64,000 nt of DNA from a virus. A model generated the notes under the pieces. The model was not told the origin of the DNA. It was given only the letters and a program-made list of their open reading frames with translations, and made no database searches. Within the stretch, counting starts at the first letter, position 1, and every line of letters begins with the position of its first letter. The stretch covers positions 1 to 64,000 of the IMG/VR virus record IMGVR_UViG_3300009094_001034. One strand, 5' to 3'. A program made the position numbers and the translations under genes. Of this stretch, positions 19,113 through 28,080 are shown in pieces.

Positions 19113-19961
19113 ATGGCAGATGTAAAGATGCCGGCCGAGAAGCCGCAGCACGAAACCCTCACCACCGCATACGCGAAGGAGTACGTAGGCGTTCCATTCC
19201 GTCTGTTGGGTTCGTCGTGGGAGCGCTTTAAATCAGATTTCGACTTCAAGGACGAGAACGTCTTCGCGATGCGCATCGATGCGTCACTCCCCGTCACTGC
19301 GCGCGTTCAGCGCGACGGCAAGGAGGTCTCGAACTTCGCGGTGTACGACGAGGATGCGAAGGAGTACATCGAGGCCGAGTACCACGACTATGAGACGTTC
19401 GAGATCACACGTGCGGACGGTGCAAAGTTCCGCGGCCGGATCGTCGACCACACGCTCCGTTCATGGGACGACGGCAACTTCCAACTCCTCACGTCGGAGG
19501 GATGGCAGACCGTCGACTACAACTCTCTCGCAGCATCGAAGGAAGAGTCGAAGGAGCGTATCCGCCACGAGAGCCGCCTCAAGGTCGTTCACTTCCAGCC
19601 TGTGTCATTCATGGAACCGCTGACGCTTCGGAAGAAAACCGTGCAGCGTGCGAAACTCGAACTCACGAAGACCGCGTATGAGGCGCTCCTACAACGGGCG
19701 AACACTCTCGCGAAGGCCGATGTCGACCCGAAGAACTACGTGTACGCGTTCACGTACGTCGAAGCCGACAAGCAATACGTGATCGCTGAGGAGGACTACC
19801 GGAAGCTGACGGACGCCGAGCGCGAAACGGCTGCAAAGGAAGATGAAAGCGCGGCATCAAGCTCCATCGATGCGCTCTCTCCGCCGAGCGGTGGGGGCCG
19901 CGCCTCGGATTTCCCGTTCCCCGAGAAAGATCAGATCCCCGTCGACGAAATCCCGTTCTAG
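19113..19961 (+). CDS. Putative ssDNA-binding/recombination protein
   Basis: Acidic SSB-type C-terminal tail IPVDEIPF. Confidence 0.55.
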   Translation: MADVKMPAEKPQHETLTTAYAKEYVGVPFRLLGSSWERFKSDFDFKDENVFAMRIDASLPVTARVQRDGKEVSNFAVYDEDAKEYIEAEYHDYETFEITRADGAKFRGRIVDHTLRSWDDGNFQLLTSEGWQTVDYNSLAASKEESKERIRHESRLKVVHFQPVSFMEPLTLRKKTVQRAKLELTKTAYEALLQRANTLAKADVDPKNYVYAFTYVEADKQYVIAEEDYRKLTDAERETAAKEDESAASSSIDALSPPSGGGRASDFPFPEKDQIPVDEIPF

Positions 19962-19979
19962 CCACTCACCACATTCACC

Positions 19980-20258
19980 ATGTCTGTACGTGCGAAGTTC
20001 GTCCTCAACAGCTACGAAGCAATGACGCAGCCCCAGTCTCGCCAGAAGGATGATGGGAGTTGGGAGCAGTTGCCACCCAAGGAGATGCGCACGCTCGTTC
20101 TGCGCCCGGTCTACTCTGACAAGCCGGAGTCAGAGAACAAGAAGTTTTGGGATGCAACGCCCACTGGCGAGATTCGTCTCGGCACTGTGAACCCCGCAGC
20201 GTGGGAGCAGTTCGAGATCGGAAAGGAATACTACGTCGACTTCACGCCCGCGGAGTAG
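19980..20258 (+). CDS. Conserved phage hypothetical protein
   Basis: MSVRAKF...NKKFWDATPTG...GKEYYVDFTPAE pattern typical of phage proteins. Confidence 0.7.
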   Translation: MSVRAKFVLNSYEAMTQPQSRQKDDGSWEQLPPKEMRTLVLRPVYSDKPESENKKFWDATPTGEIRLGTVNPAAWEQFEIGKEYYVDFTPAE

Positions 20259-20284
20259 TAACTCCCTACGCACCTTTCAATTTT

Positions 20285-21012
20285 GGGAACGAACAGAGGA
20301 ACATCGCGACCTCTCACCATCCGAACGCTGAAAGTCCGCTTCATGCGGTGTGTCCATCGAGGGGCGTAAGCCTTCGACCGGGGTCAATTACACCCGGTCA
20401 CTCGAAGGGATCTAGGCCAGTAGGTGAATACAACGGTACACAACCCAGTCGCGTCTATCGCGTGCTGCCGCCCCGGCGTCGGGGGCACACCCGCCGAGGA
20501 AACTAGCTGTGCGAATCCGGGAGAGTTGTGCGGGTGAGAGGTCTCGGTGTTTCTCGGCACGGGTCTCGATGCGTACGCAACGAGGACGTTAGACCACGAT
20601 GAGGGCGCGCCTGATTCGCGGTTCGGGGGGATCGGTGGGAAGCGAAGGCGTCCACCACCCGTGCTCGTGTAGAGGTAGCCCGTAGAGAGCGGAGGCGGAC
20701 TGTAAATCCGCTGGCCCTGTTGACCCCTGTAGGTGCGACTCCTCCCCTCTACACCGTTCGTTCCCCGGCTCGCGGTTCCGCGTCAGGCGTCTCCACTGCT
20801 GTCCCTTTGCAGATAGCAACGACGCCTGGGGCGGGCCCTCGAAGGCCGCACCGTCCTCTGTCGCAGCAATGCGAGCACCGCAGGTACTAACGCCCACAAG
20901 GCTACAGTCATGCGGTGTCGGAAGAACGACGAGCAAGCTAACGCCCGCTCGCTCGGGAAAACGGGAGAACAATCTGACTGGCCCCGCCGCTCTGGTGGGG
21001 CCACTGGTCAGA
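20285..21012 (+). ncRNA. Large structured ncRNA with nested tRNA (GOLLD-like candidate)
   Basis: Long-range helices 20285-20294/20756-20765, 20296-20318/20533-20555, 20556-20564/20657-20665; many hairpins; no credible ORF. Confidence 0.7.
20669..20753 (+). tRNA. tRNA-Tyr (GTA), atypical D arm and T loop, CCA not encoded
   Basis: Acceptor GTAGAGG/CCTCTAC plus A discriminator; anticodon arm GCGGA-CTGTAAA-TCCGC; long variable arm. Confidence 0.8.
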
Positions 21013-21043
21013 CCGCACACATCACCATTCCCATTCACACCCT

Positions 21044-21346
21044 ATGGCTCTGCATCCGCTGGGGGATTACGTCCTCCTCAAACCGATCCGCGAAACCCAT
21101 ACCGCTTCCGGGCTCGTCATCCCCGACACGATCAAGGATCGGAAGTCGGACCGCGGCGAAGTGATCTCCGTAGGACCGGGCAAGGTACAGGAAGACGGCA
21201 CGCGCAGCCCGATGGAGGTGAAGGCGGGCGACCGCGTCATTTTTTCCAAGTACGCATCTGACGAGATCGAAGTTGATGGTGAAGAACTGCTCATCATTCA
21301 AATGCACGACGTAAAGGGAATCATCGTCCCTGCCAACGCCCGATGA
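21044..21346 (+). CDS. groES: Co-chaperonin GroES
   Basis: LHPLGDYVLL, TASGLVIPD, VGPG, VKAGDRV. Confidence 0.95.
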   Translation: MALHPLGDYVLLKPIRETHTASGLVIPDTIKDRKSDRGEVISVGPGKVQEDGTRSPMEVKAGDRVIFSKYASDEIEVDGEELLIIQMHDVKGIIVPANAR

Positions 21347-21495
21347 AGACGATTGTGATGAGAACGAAGGACCAAAAGGTTCACTTCATCGGCGGGTTCT
21401 ACTCGGAGTTGGCCGCCGCAGCGGCGTACAACGCGTCAGCACACCGGCTCTTCGACAAGTTTGCGATCCTGAACGACCTCTCTCAAGCATTCTAA
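21343..21495 (+). pseudogene. Internally deleted HNH-AP2 homing endonuclease remnant (50 aa)
   Basis: MKTI...HFIGGFYSELAAAAAYNASAHRLFDKFAILN resembles an AP2 domain C-terminus; no HNH part. Confidence 0.6.
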
Positions 21496-21510
21496 CCACC
21501 CACCCTCAAC

Positions 21511-23100
21511 ATGGACGCAAAGGACATTACGTACGGCGACGAGGCGCGTGCAAAACTCGCCTCCGGCATCAGCAAACTAGCTCGTGCAGTAGCAGTGACG
21601 ATCGGTCCGAAAGGCCGAAACGTTCTTCTCCCGAGCCCATTCGGCGCTCCGAAAATCGTGAACGATGGCGTAACGATCGCACGGGAAGTCGAACTCGAAG
21701 ACCCGCTGGAGAAGATGGGCGCGGATCTTGTGAAGGACGTTGCGTCGAGGACGAACGACATCGCGGGCGACGGGACCACCACCGCAACGGTCCTCGCGGA
21801 CGCAATGGTGCGCTCCGGGCTGCGGAACCTCGCGGCCGGCTCCAACCCGATGGCGATGCGGACGGGAATCGAGCAGGCGGTCGAACAGGTCGTGCAGAAA
21901 CTCGACGCGATGTCGCAGAAGGTTGAAGGCAAGATGATCGAGCACGTGGCCACGATCTCGTCCCAGGACCCTGAGACCGGAAGGATGATCGCCGAGGCAA
22001 TCGAGAAGATCGGAACGGGACCGATCACCACGGAGAACTCGGATACCCGGGGCCTCACGTTGGAGATCAAGGAAGGGATGCAGTTCGACAGCGGCTACAT
22101 CTCGGCACACATGGTGACCGACGAGGAGCGCTCGACTGCGACGTACGAGAACGTGCACATCCTCGCGTTCGACGGGAAAGTGACCGGCCCGCAGGAGGTG
22201 ATCCCGATTCTCGAAGGCTGCATGAAAGCGGGGATCAAGGAACTGCTCCTCATCGTCGAGGGTGTCGAGGGAGACGCCCTTCCCACACTCGTCGTGAACA
22301 AACTCCGTGGTGTATTCCACTCGGTGGCGGTGCGTGCGCCCGGCTACGGCGATCGCCGAACCGCTATGCTGCAGGACATCGCAGTGCTCACGGGAGGAAC
22401 AGCGGTCTCTCCCGCGCTCGGAATGGATATCTCGAAGTTCGAGCTCGGCTGGCTGGGCCGAGCGTCCAAGGTGATCGTGACAAAGGACGCGACGACCATC
22501 GTGGGCGGCAAGGGCGAGAAGCTTGCGATCGAGAACCGCGTCGCGCAGATCCGGAAGGAACTGGAGGATGCGAAGACGGACTTCGAGAAAGAGAAACTCG
22601 AGGAGCGGCTCGCGAAGATCGCCGGGGGGGTCGCCGTGATCAAGGTGGGCGCCGCCACCGAGATCGAGCTCAAGGAAAAGAAACTTCGTATCGAGGACGC
22701 CATCAACGCGACCCGCGCGGCAGTGGCGGAGGGCGTCGTCGCAGGAGGCGGCTACGCACTGCTCCTCGCTCGTGAGGCCATCGACCGCAAGGGGACGGAC
22801 GACCAGTCCACGGGACGCCGGATCGTCTTCACCGCGCTCGATGCGCCGGCGCGTCAGATCGCGGAGAACGCGGGCCAGGACGGAGCGGTCGTGGTCGCGG
22901 AGTCCATCCGCCTCAAGGCTGGCTACAACGCTGCGACGGACGAGTATGTCGATCTCGTGAAAGCGGGCGTCATCGATCCGTGCCTCGTTACGAAGTCCGC
23001 TCTCCAGCACGCCGCGTCGGTCGCAGCCTCATTCCTCACCTGCGAGGCGGCGCTGTCGCCGAAACCGGAGAAGCCCCAGTCAGACGCGCTGCACGCGTGA
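21511..23100 (+). CDS. groEL: Chaperonin GroEL
   Basis: GPKGRN, NDGVTIA, GDGTTT, APGYGDRR, RIEDAINATRAA; lacks GGM tail. Confidence 0.97.
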   Translation: MDAKDITYGDEARAKLASGISKLARAVAVTIGPKGRNVLLPSPFGAPKIVNDGVTIAREVELEDPLEKMGADLVKDVASRTNDIAGDGTTTATVLADAMVRSGLRNLAAGSNPMAMRTGIEQAVEQVVQKLDAMSQKVEGKMIEHVATISSQDPETGRMIAEAIEKIGTGPITTENSDTRGLTLEIKEGMQFDSGYISAHMVTDEERSTATYENVHILAFDGKVTGPQEVIPILEGCMKAGIKELLLIVEGVEGDALPTLVVNKLRGVFHSVAVRAPGYGDRRTAMLQDIAVLTGGTAVSPALGMDISKFELGWLGRASKVIVTKDATTIVGGKGEKLAIENRVAQIRKELEDAKTDFEKEKLEERLAKIAGGVAVIKVGAATEIELKEKKLRIEDAINATRAAVAEGVVAGGGYALLLAREAIDRKGTDDQSTGRRIVFTALDAPARQIAENAGQDGAVVVAESIRLKAGYNAATDEYVDLVKAGVIDPCLVTKSALQHAASVAASFLTCEAALSPKPEKPQSDALHA

Positions 23101-23639
23101 GACTTCTGGCCATCGATCCCGGAACGGAGAGGCTCGGATACGCCGTCTACGATGACCAGATGGTCCTCGCGGACGGCGTGTTCCAGACCGAGTACCGGCT
23201 GCCGAGCGAGTTCCTGCTGAGCATGACGGCGTTCGTTGACTCACTGGTGGAGCAGCACAGCGTCGCGTGTGTCGCATCCGAGCGCATGTTCGACTTCATG
23301 GCGATGAAGGGGAACAAGCGGCGCGGCGGAAATTCGGCACTTCTCAAGATCATCCCGGAGCAACTGAAGAACTGGTGTGAGCTCCGGGGCCTCCCTTTCC
23401 TTCGCTACTCGCCGATGACGATCAAGAAGTGCGCAGCGGGACGTGGAGACGCAGAGAAGGCCGATGTCCGCAAAGTAATGATCGGCAAGTTCACCGATGC
23501 CTCACGTCGGCTTGATGCGAAGTCGCAGGAGGACGTGGCCGACGCGCACGGCGTTGCGTGGACCGCCATCGCCAACCACTACGCCGAACTGCCGAAGAAG
23601 ATCAAGACGAGGAAATCATCTAGATCACCTGCATCGTGA
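23097..23639 (+). CDS. ruvC: RuvC-like Holliday junction resolvase
   Basis: LAIDPG, E, KK..G.G.AEK..V, DVADA; GTGA coupling to groEL. Confidence 0.85.
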   Translation: MRLLAIDPGTERLGYAVYDDQMVLADGVFQTEYRLPSEFLLSMTAFVDSLVEQHSVACVASERMFDFMAMKGNKRRGGNSALLKIIPEQLKNWCELRGLPFLRYSPMTIKKCAAGRGDAEKADVRKVMIGKFTDASRRLDAKSQEDVADAHGVAWTAIANHYAELPKKIKTRKSSRSPAS

Positions 23640-23818
23640 AGGACTACAACGAAGTTGCCGGGTTCGCGTACGCCACCGCGCTCAACACCGTGCTCGTGAT
23701 CGCGTCGGTGGTATGCCTCCTCACCGGTCACCCGTTCTTCGCCGTTCTCCTCTTGTTTTGTGGGGTCAGCACGAAGGATGTCCGCGGCGTGTCGCGCTAT
23801 GACGACGAGCGCGGATGA
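23636..23818 (+). CDS. Small membrane protein
   Basis: Hydrophobic, translationally coupled. Confidence 0.5.
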   Translation: MKDYNEVAGFAYATALNTVLVIASVVCLLTGHPFFAVLLLFCGVSTKDVRGVSRYDDERG

Positions 23819-24465
23819 ACGATGAGGGCCGTCAGATCGCAATCAAGGAGAGCCTCTTCCGATGTGCGATCACGTGGAAGCAATACGACAAGCGGACGTA
23901 CTTCGAGATCGAGAAGTCACTGCATCCGTTCATGCGTCTGACCGTCGATCACTGGGATGGTCGTAGGCGCGTGAAAGGTCGCAAGGTCGATGAGGAGAGC
24001 GACAACATCGTGATCGTCATCGGCAAAGCGCACGACATGAAGGACAACGCGAACCGAGACGCGCAGATCACGTGGTTGAAGCAAGAAGTCGGTGCTGCCG
24101 AGATGTTCGGCGAGAAGAAGCAAGTCGCTCACATGCGCGAGGTGCTGCTGTTCCTCGAAGCCAACCCCACACATGACCTGAAGGCGTATCTCGGGAAGTT
24201 CGTCGAGGAGCGCGGTCCATTCAGCGCCGCGTACGACCGCGCGAAAGAGCGCGAATACGCCGAAGAGCCGAAGCGGCGTGAGAAGAAAGCAAAGGCGCGG
24301 CACGACGTGTATGAGAAGGCGAAGAAGCGTGCCGGCGGGACGCCACTCTCGAAGCGAAAGAAACCCAAGGCCAAAGCCGGCGGAACGAAATACGCGAGCT
24401 CACGCTGGGCGGTATTCGACGCGCTGCCGGTTAGCAATGGCAATCCATCACCACCCTCTCCATGA
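23815..24465 (+). CDS. Hypothetical basic protein
   Basis: Coupled 216-aa ORF. Confidence 0.65.
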   Translation: MNDEGRQIAIKESLFRCAITWKQYDKRTYFEIEKSLHPFMRLTVDHWDGRRRVKGRKVDEESDNIVIVIGKAHDMKDNANRDAQITWLKQEVGAAEMFGEKKQVAHMREVLLFLEANPTHDLKAYLGKFVEERGPFSAAYDRAKEREYAEEPKRREKKAKARHDVYEKAKKRAGGTPLSKRKKPKAKAGGTKYASSRWAVFDALPVSNGNPSPPSP

Positions 24466-24854
24466 ATCCACAGGCAGCGTTCCATGCATTCCAGGACGCG
24501 AAGAAAGAGCTGAAGATCGCCCGCGACGCCTACAAAGATGCGCAGGCTTCGGACACCACGCTCGCGGATCTCGCCGAGGCGAAGAAGCAAGCCGCAGCCG
24601 ACTACAAGGCCGAGAAGGAGCAGTTCGACGGCCGTCATGCGCATCTCGTCGAAACGATCGCCGAGAAGAAAGAGGCACAGGACGACGCCAGGACGCTGTT
24701 TGATGAAACCGTGGAGATGGCTGTCCGCCGCGGCGAGCAGTTATCGCTCTTCACGAGGTCGGGAAAGGAAGTCTCGATCCAACTCACGACGAAGATCACG
24801 ATTGAGCGCGATGTGAAGAAAGAGGCTGCAGAACCTGGCGGCAAAGGAGAGTGA
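24462..24854 (+). CDS. Hypothetical coiled-coil protein
   Basis: Coupled 130-aa ORF. Confidence 0.65.
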   Translation: MNPQAAFHAFQDAKKELKIARDAYKDAQASDTTLADLAEAKKQAAADYKAEKEQFDGRHAHLVETIAEKKEAQDDARTLFDETVEMAVRRGEQLSLFTRSGKEVSIQLTTKITIERDVKKEAAEPGGKGE

Positions 24855-25798
24855 GCTTCGCGTTTACGTGTCAGCACTGTGGAGTGACGTTCAGTAGGCG
24901 GCAGAGTGCTCCGGCGACCTGGTGCTCGCGAGAATGTCGCGGTAAGGCTACATCTCACGTCTTGTCGGCGCGTTTTAAGGGGGTTCCGAAGTCGGCTGAG
25001 CACAAGAGGAAGATTGGACTCGCACTTAAAGGGAAGAAGAAGCCATACGCCGCAAGGAACCTCGTGCACGGGTCGGGGAAAGACAATCCGTTCTTTGGGC
25101 GACATCACTCTGAGGAAACCAAAGAACGGTTGCGCGAGGCGGCCGTTAGAAACCACGGCCTATTTCGAGCTGGAGCAAGAGAGACCGCACCCGAGCGCGC
25201 ACTCTACGCTTTGCTCACGAGGCTCGGGATCGAGTTCGAGAAGCAGAAGAAAATTCCAGGAATCTCAATCCCCGATGCGATTGATGAAAAGAGACAAGTG
25301 GCGTTCTACGCGGATGGTGACTACTGGCACCAGCTGCCTGAGTATGTAGAGCGTGATCTGCGCATAAACAAGAGACTGCGAAATCGAGGATGGATCGTAC
25401 TCCGCTTCTGGGAACACGAACTCCTCGAATTCGCCGACCTTGTTGAAGAGATCATCGTCGGTACGTACCACATTCCTCCGCCACGTCGGTTTGCGTACGT
25501 GGCTGGTGCCTACAGAGCCGCCACGGAATGGGGTGTAACACAGAACATCGAGCGTGCTCGAAGCATGGCGGCTCAGCTCCTCGCAGAGGGTGACTACTTC
25601 CCCGTCACGCCCCACCTCATGACTGCGCACCTCGGCGGCATCGTTGAGGACGACGTGCTCGTGGAGCACTACATCGACATCATCGCGAATCTCTGTAGCG
25701 TCGTTGTGATGTTGAAGGGCTGGGAGCGCTCTGAGGGCGCAAGGAAAGAGCACGACGCGGCGCTCCGCCTCGGGATCAAGATCATCTACGAGACCTGA
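24851..25798 (+). CDS. NUMOD3 plus Vsr/DUF559-type endonuclease fused to a DUF4406-like (nucleoside deoxyribosyltransferase-like) domain
   Basis: CxxC...CSREC; NPFFGRHHSEETKE; DGDYWH...GWIVLRFWE; YVAGAY...GWERSEGARKE. Confidence 0.75.
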   Translation: MSFAFTCQHCGVTFSRRQSAPATWCSRECRGKATSHVLSARFKGVPKSAEHKRKIGLALKGKKKPYAARNLVHGSGKDNPFFGRHHSEETKERLREAAVRNHGLFRAGARETAPERALYALLTRLGIEFEKQKKIPGISIPDAIDEKRQVAFYADGDYWHQLPEYVERDLRINKRLRNRGWIVLRFWEHELLEFADLVEEIIVGTYHIPPPRRFAYVAGAYRAATEWGVTQNIERARSMAAQLLAEGDYFPVTPHLMTAHLGGIVEDDVLVEHYIDIIANLCSVVVMLKGWERSEGARKEHDAALRLGIKIIYET

Positions 25799-25899
25799 CG
25801 CTTCGGCGCCTTTCGACGCGTCCTCGTCGGCCTTCTGGTCGCGGTGTATCCAGAGCCTGAGAGCGATCCCGCTCCTTCACATCCAGGAGGAACACCGAC

Positions 25900-26778
25900 A
25901 TGAAACTCCACGACCGCACGCCTGACCTGTACGAGGCGGCGCAGTTCATCACCACTCTCGCCAACACTTCCGACGCGCCTGTCCACTGGGCGCTCATCCC
26001 CGACCGGGAGACACCTGGTCTCTACCCCCGGACGCTGTTCGGGCGGCTCTCCGATCTTGGACTCGAGCTCACGTGGGCGAACCAGAAGGGCTGCGGCATC
26101 TTCGTCGCCGTCCAGGGCATGGAACTCGTGGTGAAGGACCGCAAGATTCTTCGCACATCCGAGTGCGCGCGAGAAGCCCGCGCGGTCTTCATCGACTGGG
26201 ATCAGCCGGACTTCAACCTGCGCCACGCGCTGCCCCCGTCGATGACCGTGTTGAGCGGTCGTGGCTACCACTCCTACTGGTGCCTGACCGAAGACGAACC
26301 GGTGAGCGCCGTGCCTGAGACGCTGCGTCGGCTCGCGACCTACTACGAGAGCGATCCGTCCTGCACGGATCTCGCGCGCGTGATGCGGGTGCCGGGATTC
26401 TGGCACTGCAAAGCCGATCCGATTCAGACCGTGCTCACGTTCGCGGACCCGAACATCCGCTACACGCTCGCGGCGATCGACGCCGCGCATCCCGTCGTCA
26501 CCCCCGTCCCGATCGAGCGCATCCAGCCGCGTTCCCACGGTGGAACGAACGATTGGTTCGCCGCGTGGGCGGACGAACAGGACGCATCGAGCGGTCAGCG
26601 CAACCGCACTTGCTACGCCATCGCAGCAACGGGCTTTCGTCACGGCCTCTCCCACGGAGAGGTTGAGGCGGCGGTCCGCGACTACCAACGCCGGGCGACC
26701 CGTCCGGACGATCCATTCACCCTGACCGAAGCGCGCAACGCTCTCGCGTCCGCGTCACGTCGCAACAGTCGTTCATAG
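25900..26778 (+). CDS. RepB-type DNA primase with PriCT-like C-terminal domain
   Basis: FIDWD, SGRGYHSYW, DLARVMRVPG, GQRN; AGGAGG SD. Confidence 0.85.
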   Translation: MKLHDRTPDLYEAAQFITTLANTSDAPVHWALIPDRETPGLYPRTLFGRLSDLGLELTWANQKGCGIFVAVQGMELVVKDRKILRTSECAREARAVFIDWDQPDFNLRHALPPSMTVLSGRGYHSYWCLTEDEPVSAVPETLRRLATYYESDPSCTDLARVMRVPGFWHCKADPIQTVLTFADPNIRYTLAAIDAAHPVVTPVPIERIQPRSHGGTNDWFAAWADEQDASSGQRNRTCYAIAATGFRHGLSHGEVEAAVRDYQRRATRPDDPFTLTEARNALASASRRNSRS

Positions 26779-26788
26779 GAGAAGACCC

Positions 26789-27178
26789 ATGTTGAATCGT
26801 GTGCAGTTGATCGGAAGACTCGGGAAAGACCCCGAGAAGAAGGCACTCCCGAGCGGTACGGCCGTCTGCAAGTTCTCGGTCGCGACCGACGAGAAGTTCA
26901 CGGATCGCAGCGGCGAGAAACAGGAACGCACCGAGTGGCACAACGTCGTCGCCTGGGGCAAGCTCGCGGACATCTGCGCCCAGTACCTGACGAAGGGCAA
27001 ACTGGTATACGTCGAAGGCTCCATCCGCACGGACACCTGGGACGATAAGGAGAGCGGCGCGAAGCGCTCGCGCACGGAGATCGTCGCGAGCGGCGTCCGC
27101 TTCCTCGACAAGGCGCCGGCGTCAGCTCGCGGCACACAGCCGGCCGCGGTGGAAGACGACGAAGAAGTCCCGTTCTAG
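26789..27178 (+). CDS. ssb: Single-stranded DNA-binding protein (host-like)
   Basis: LNRVQLIGRLGKDPE, TEWHNVVAWG, DDEEVPF tail. Confidence 0.95.
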   Translation: MLNRVQLIGRLGKDPEKKALPSGTAVCKFSVATDEKFTDRSGEKQERTEWHNVVAWGKLADICAQYLTKGKLVYVEGSIRTDTWDDKESGAKRSRTEIVASGVRFLDKAPASARGTQPAAVEDDEEVPF

Positions 27179-27243
27179 CGCCCACCTGCAGTCCGCGGAG
27201 TTCGCGCCTCGAACTCCGCGTCCACTCACGAAGGAGAAGACCA

Positions 27244-27495
27244 ATGGCGCACCGGCATCGTCGGCGCTCACGCCATCACGTCACACCACGCGCAGCTGGC
27301 GGCGGGAACAATCAGTCGAACGTCGTCCGGATCGACGACCGCCTCCACCGCTGCATCCACGAAGTCTTCGATGCGCTCCCGCCGGATCAGTACCTTCCGG
27401 TGTTCAGCCGGGAGCCCCATAAATACGCGCGGCGCCTCGTGCGTGCCCTCATCCGACACTTCGGTGTCTCCGTGGTGCGCGAGGCGCTGCAATAG
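27244..27495 (+). CDS. Small HNH-like protein
   Basis: HH..PR..GG.N..SN......H...H pattern. Confidence 0.55.
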   Translation: MAHRHRRRSRHHVTPRAAGGGNNQSNVVRIDDRLHRCIHEVFDALPPDQYLPVFSREPHKYARRLVRALIRHFGVSVVREALQ

Positions 27496-27505
27496 GAGGA
27501 ATCCG

Positions 27506-27676
27506 ATGGACGAAGCCCTCTGCCCGTCTTGCCAAGAAATCGTCGACGTGTTGAACGACGACGGAACGGATGGCTTCTGTAACGACTGCGATCGCTGCAG
27601 AGCATGTTGCGAAGCCGCTCCAGGTGAGGCGTGCGACTACTGGGTTCTGATTGAACCGCAGCCGATGTTCATCTGA
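27506..27676 (+). CDS. Small Cys-rich Zn-binding protein
   Basis: CPSC...CNDCDRCRACC; AGGAGG SD. Confidence 0.55.
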   Translation: MDEALCPSCQEIVDVLNDDGTDGFCNDCDRCRACCEAAPGEACDYWVLIEPQPMFI

Positions 27677-27702
27677 GGCAAGACCGTAGAACGACCTGAG
27701 AC

Positions 27703-27740
27703 GCCCCGTTTGTCCGAGTGGATGAACGGGGCCTTTCTTT
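27703..27740 (+). terminator. Terminator at the convergence of early and late arms
   Basis: GCCCCGTTTGTCC-GAGT-GGATGAACGGGGC then TTTCTTT. Confidence 0.7.
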
Positions 27741-27768
27741 GCGTAGGACGCGCAAGAGAGGTGAAGAA

Positions 27769-28080
27769 TCAGGCGCCCGTGGCCTCCTGCTTCGGCTTCG
27801 TGAACAGGTTGTACCGCGCCTGCGAGGCCAGAGCGGCCGCAGTGAGAGCGCCCCCAACGGTGGCGGCATCCGGGAAGCCGTTGACCGCCCACGAGATGCC
27901 GAGCGGGACGAACGAGAACGCGAGGCAGAGACCCACGTTCATGAGGAACTTCACCCGGCCAGACGGCTCGACGGCGAACTGCTCCTTGAGCGCTTTGAGC
28001 GCCGTGGGAACGAAGAGGCCGAGCACGAAGCTCTGAAGGTCAGGCGAGGCGATGAGATCGGCGACGTACTGCAGGGTCAT
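27769..28080 (-). CDS. Holin
   Basis: 103 aa, about 3 TM, adjacent to endolysin. Confidence 0.7.
   Translation of the reverse strand: MTLQYVADLIASPDLQSFVLGLFVPTALKALKEQFAVEPSGRVKFLMNVGLCLAFSFVPLGISWAVNGFPDAATVGGALTAAALASQARYNLFTKPKQEATGA

Noticed and set aside
20325-20555. RNase P RNA (GAAAGTCC resembles conserved region I)
   Set aside because: No matching conserved region V or convincing P4 pseudoknot found
20754-20830. Theta/HDV-like ribozyme after the tRNA
   Set aside because: The trailer pairs with 20285-20294 and no HDV double pseudoknot could be drawn
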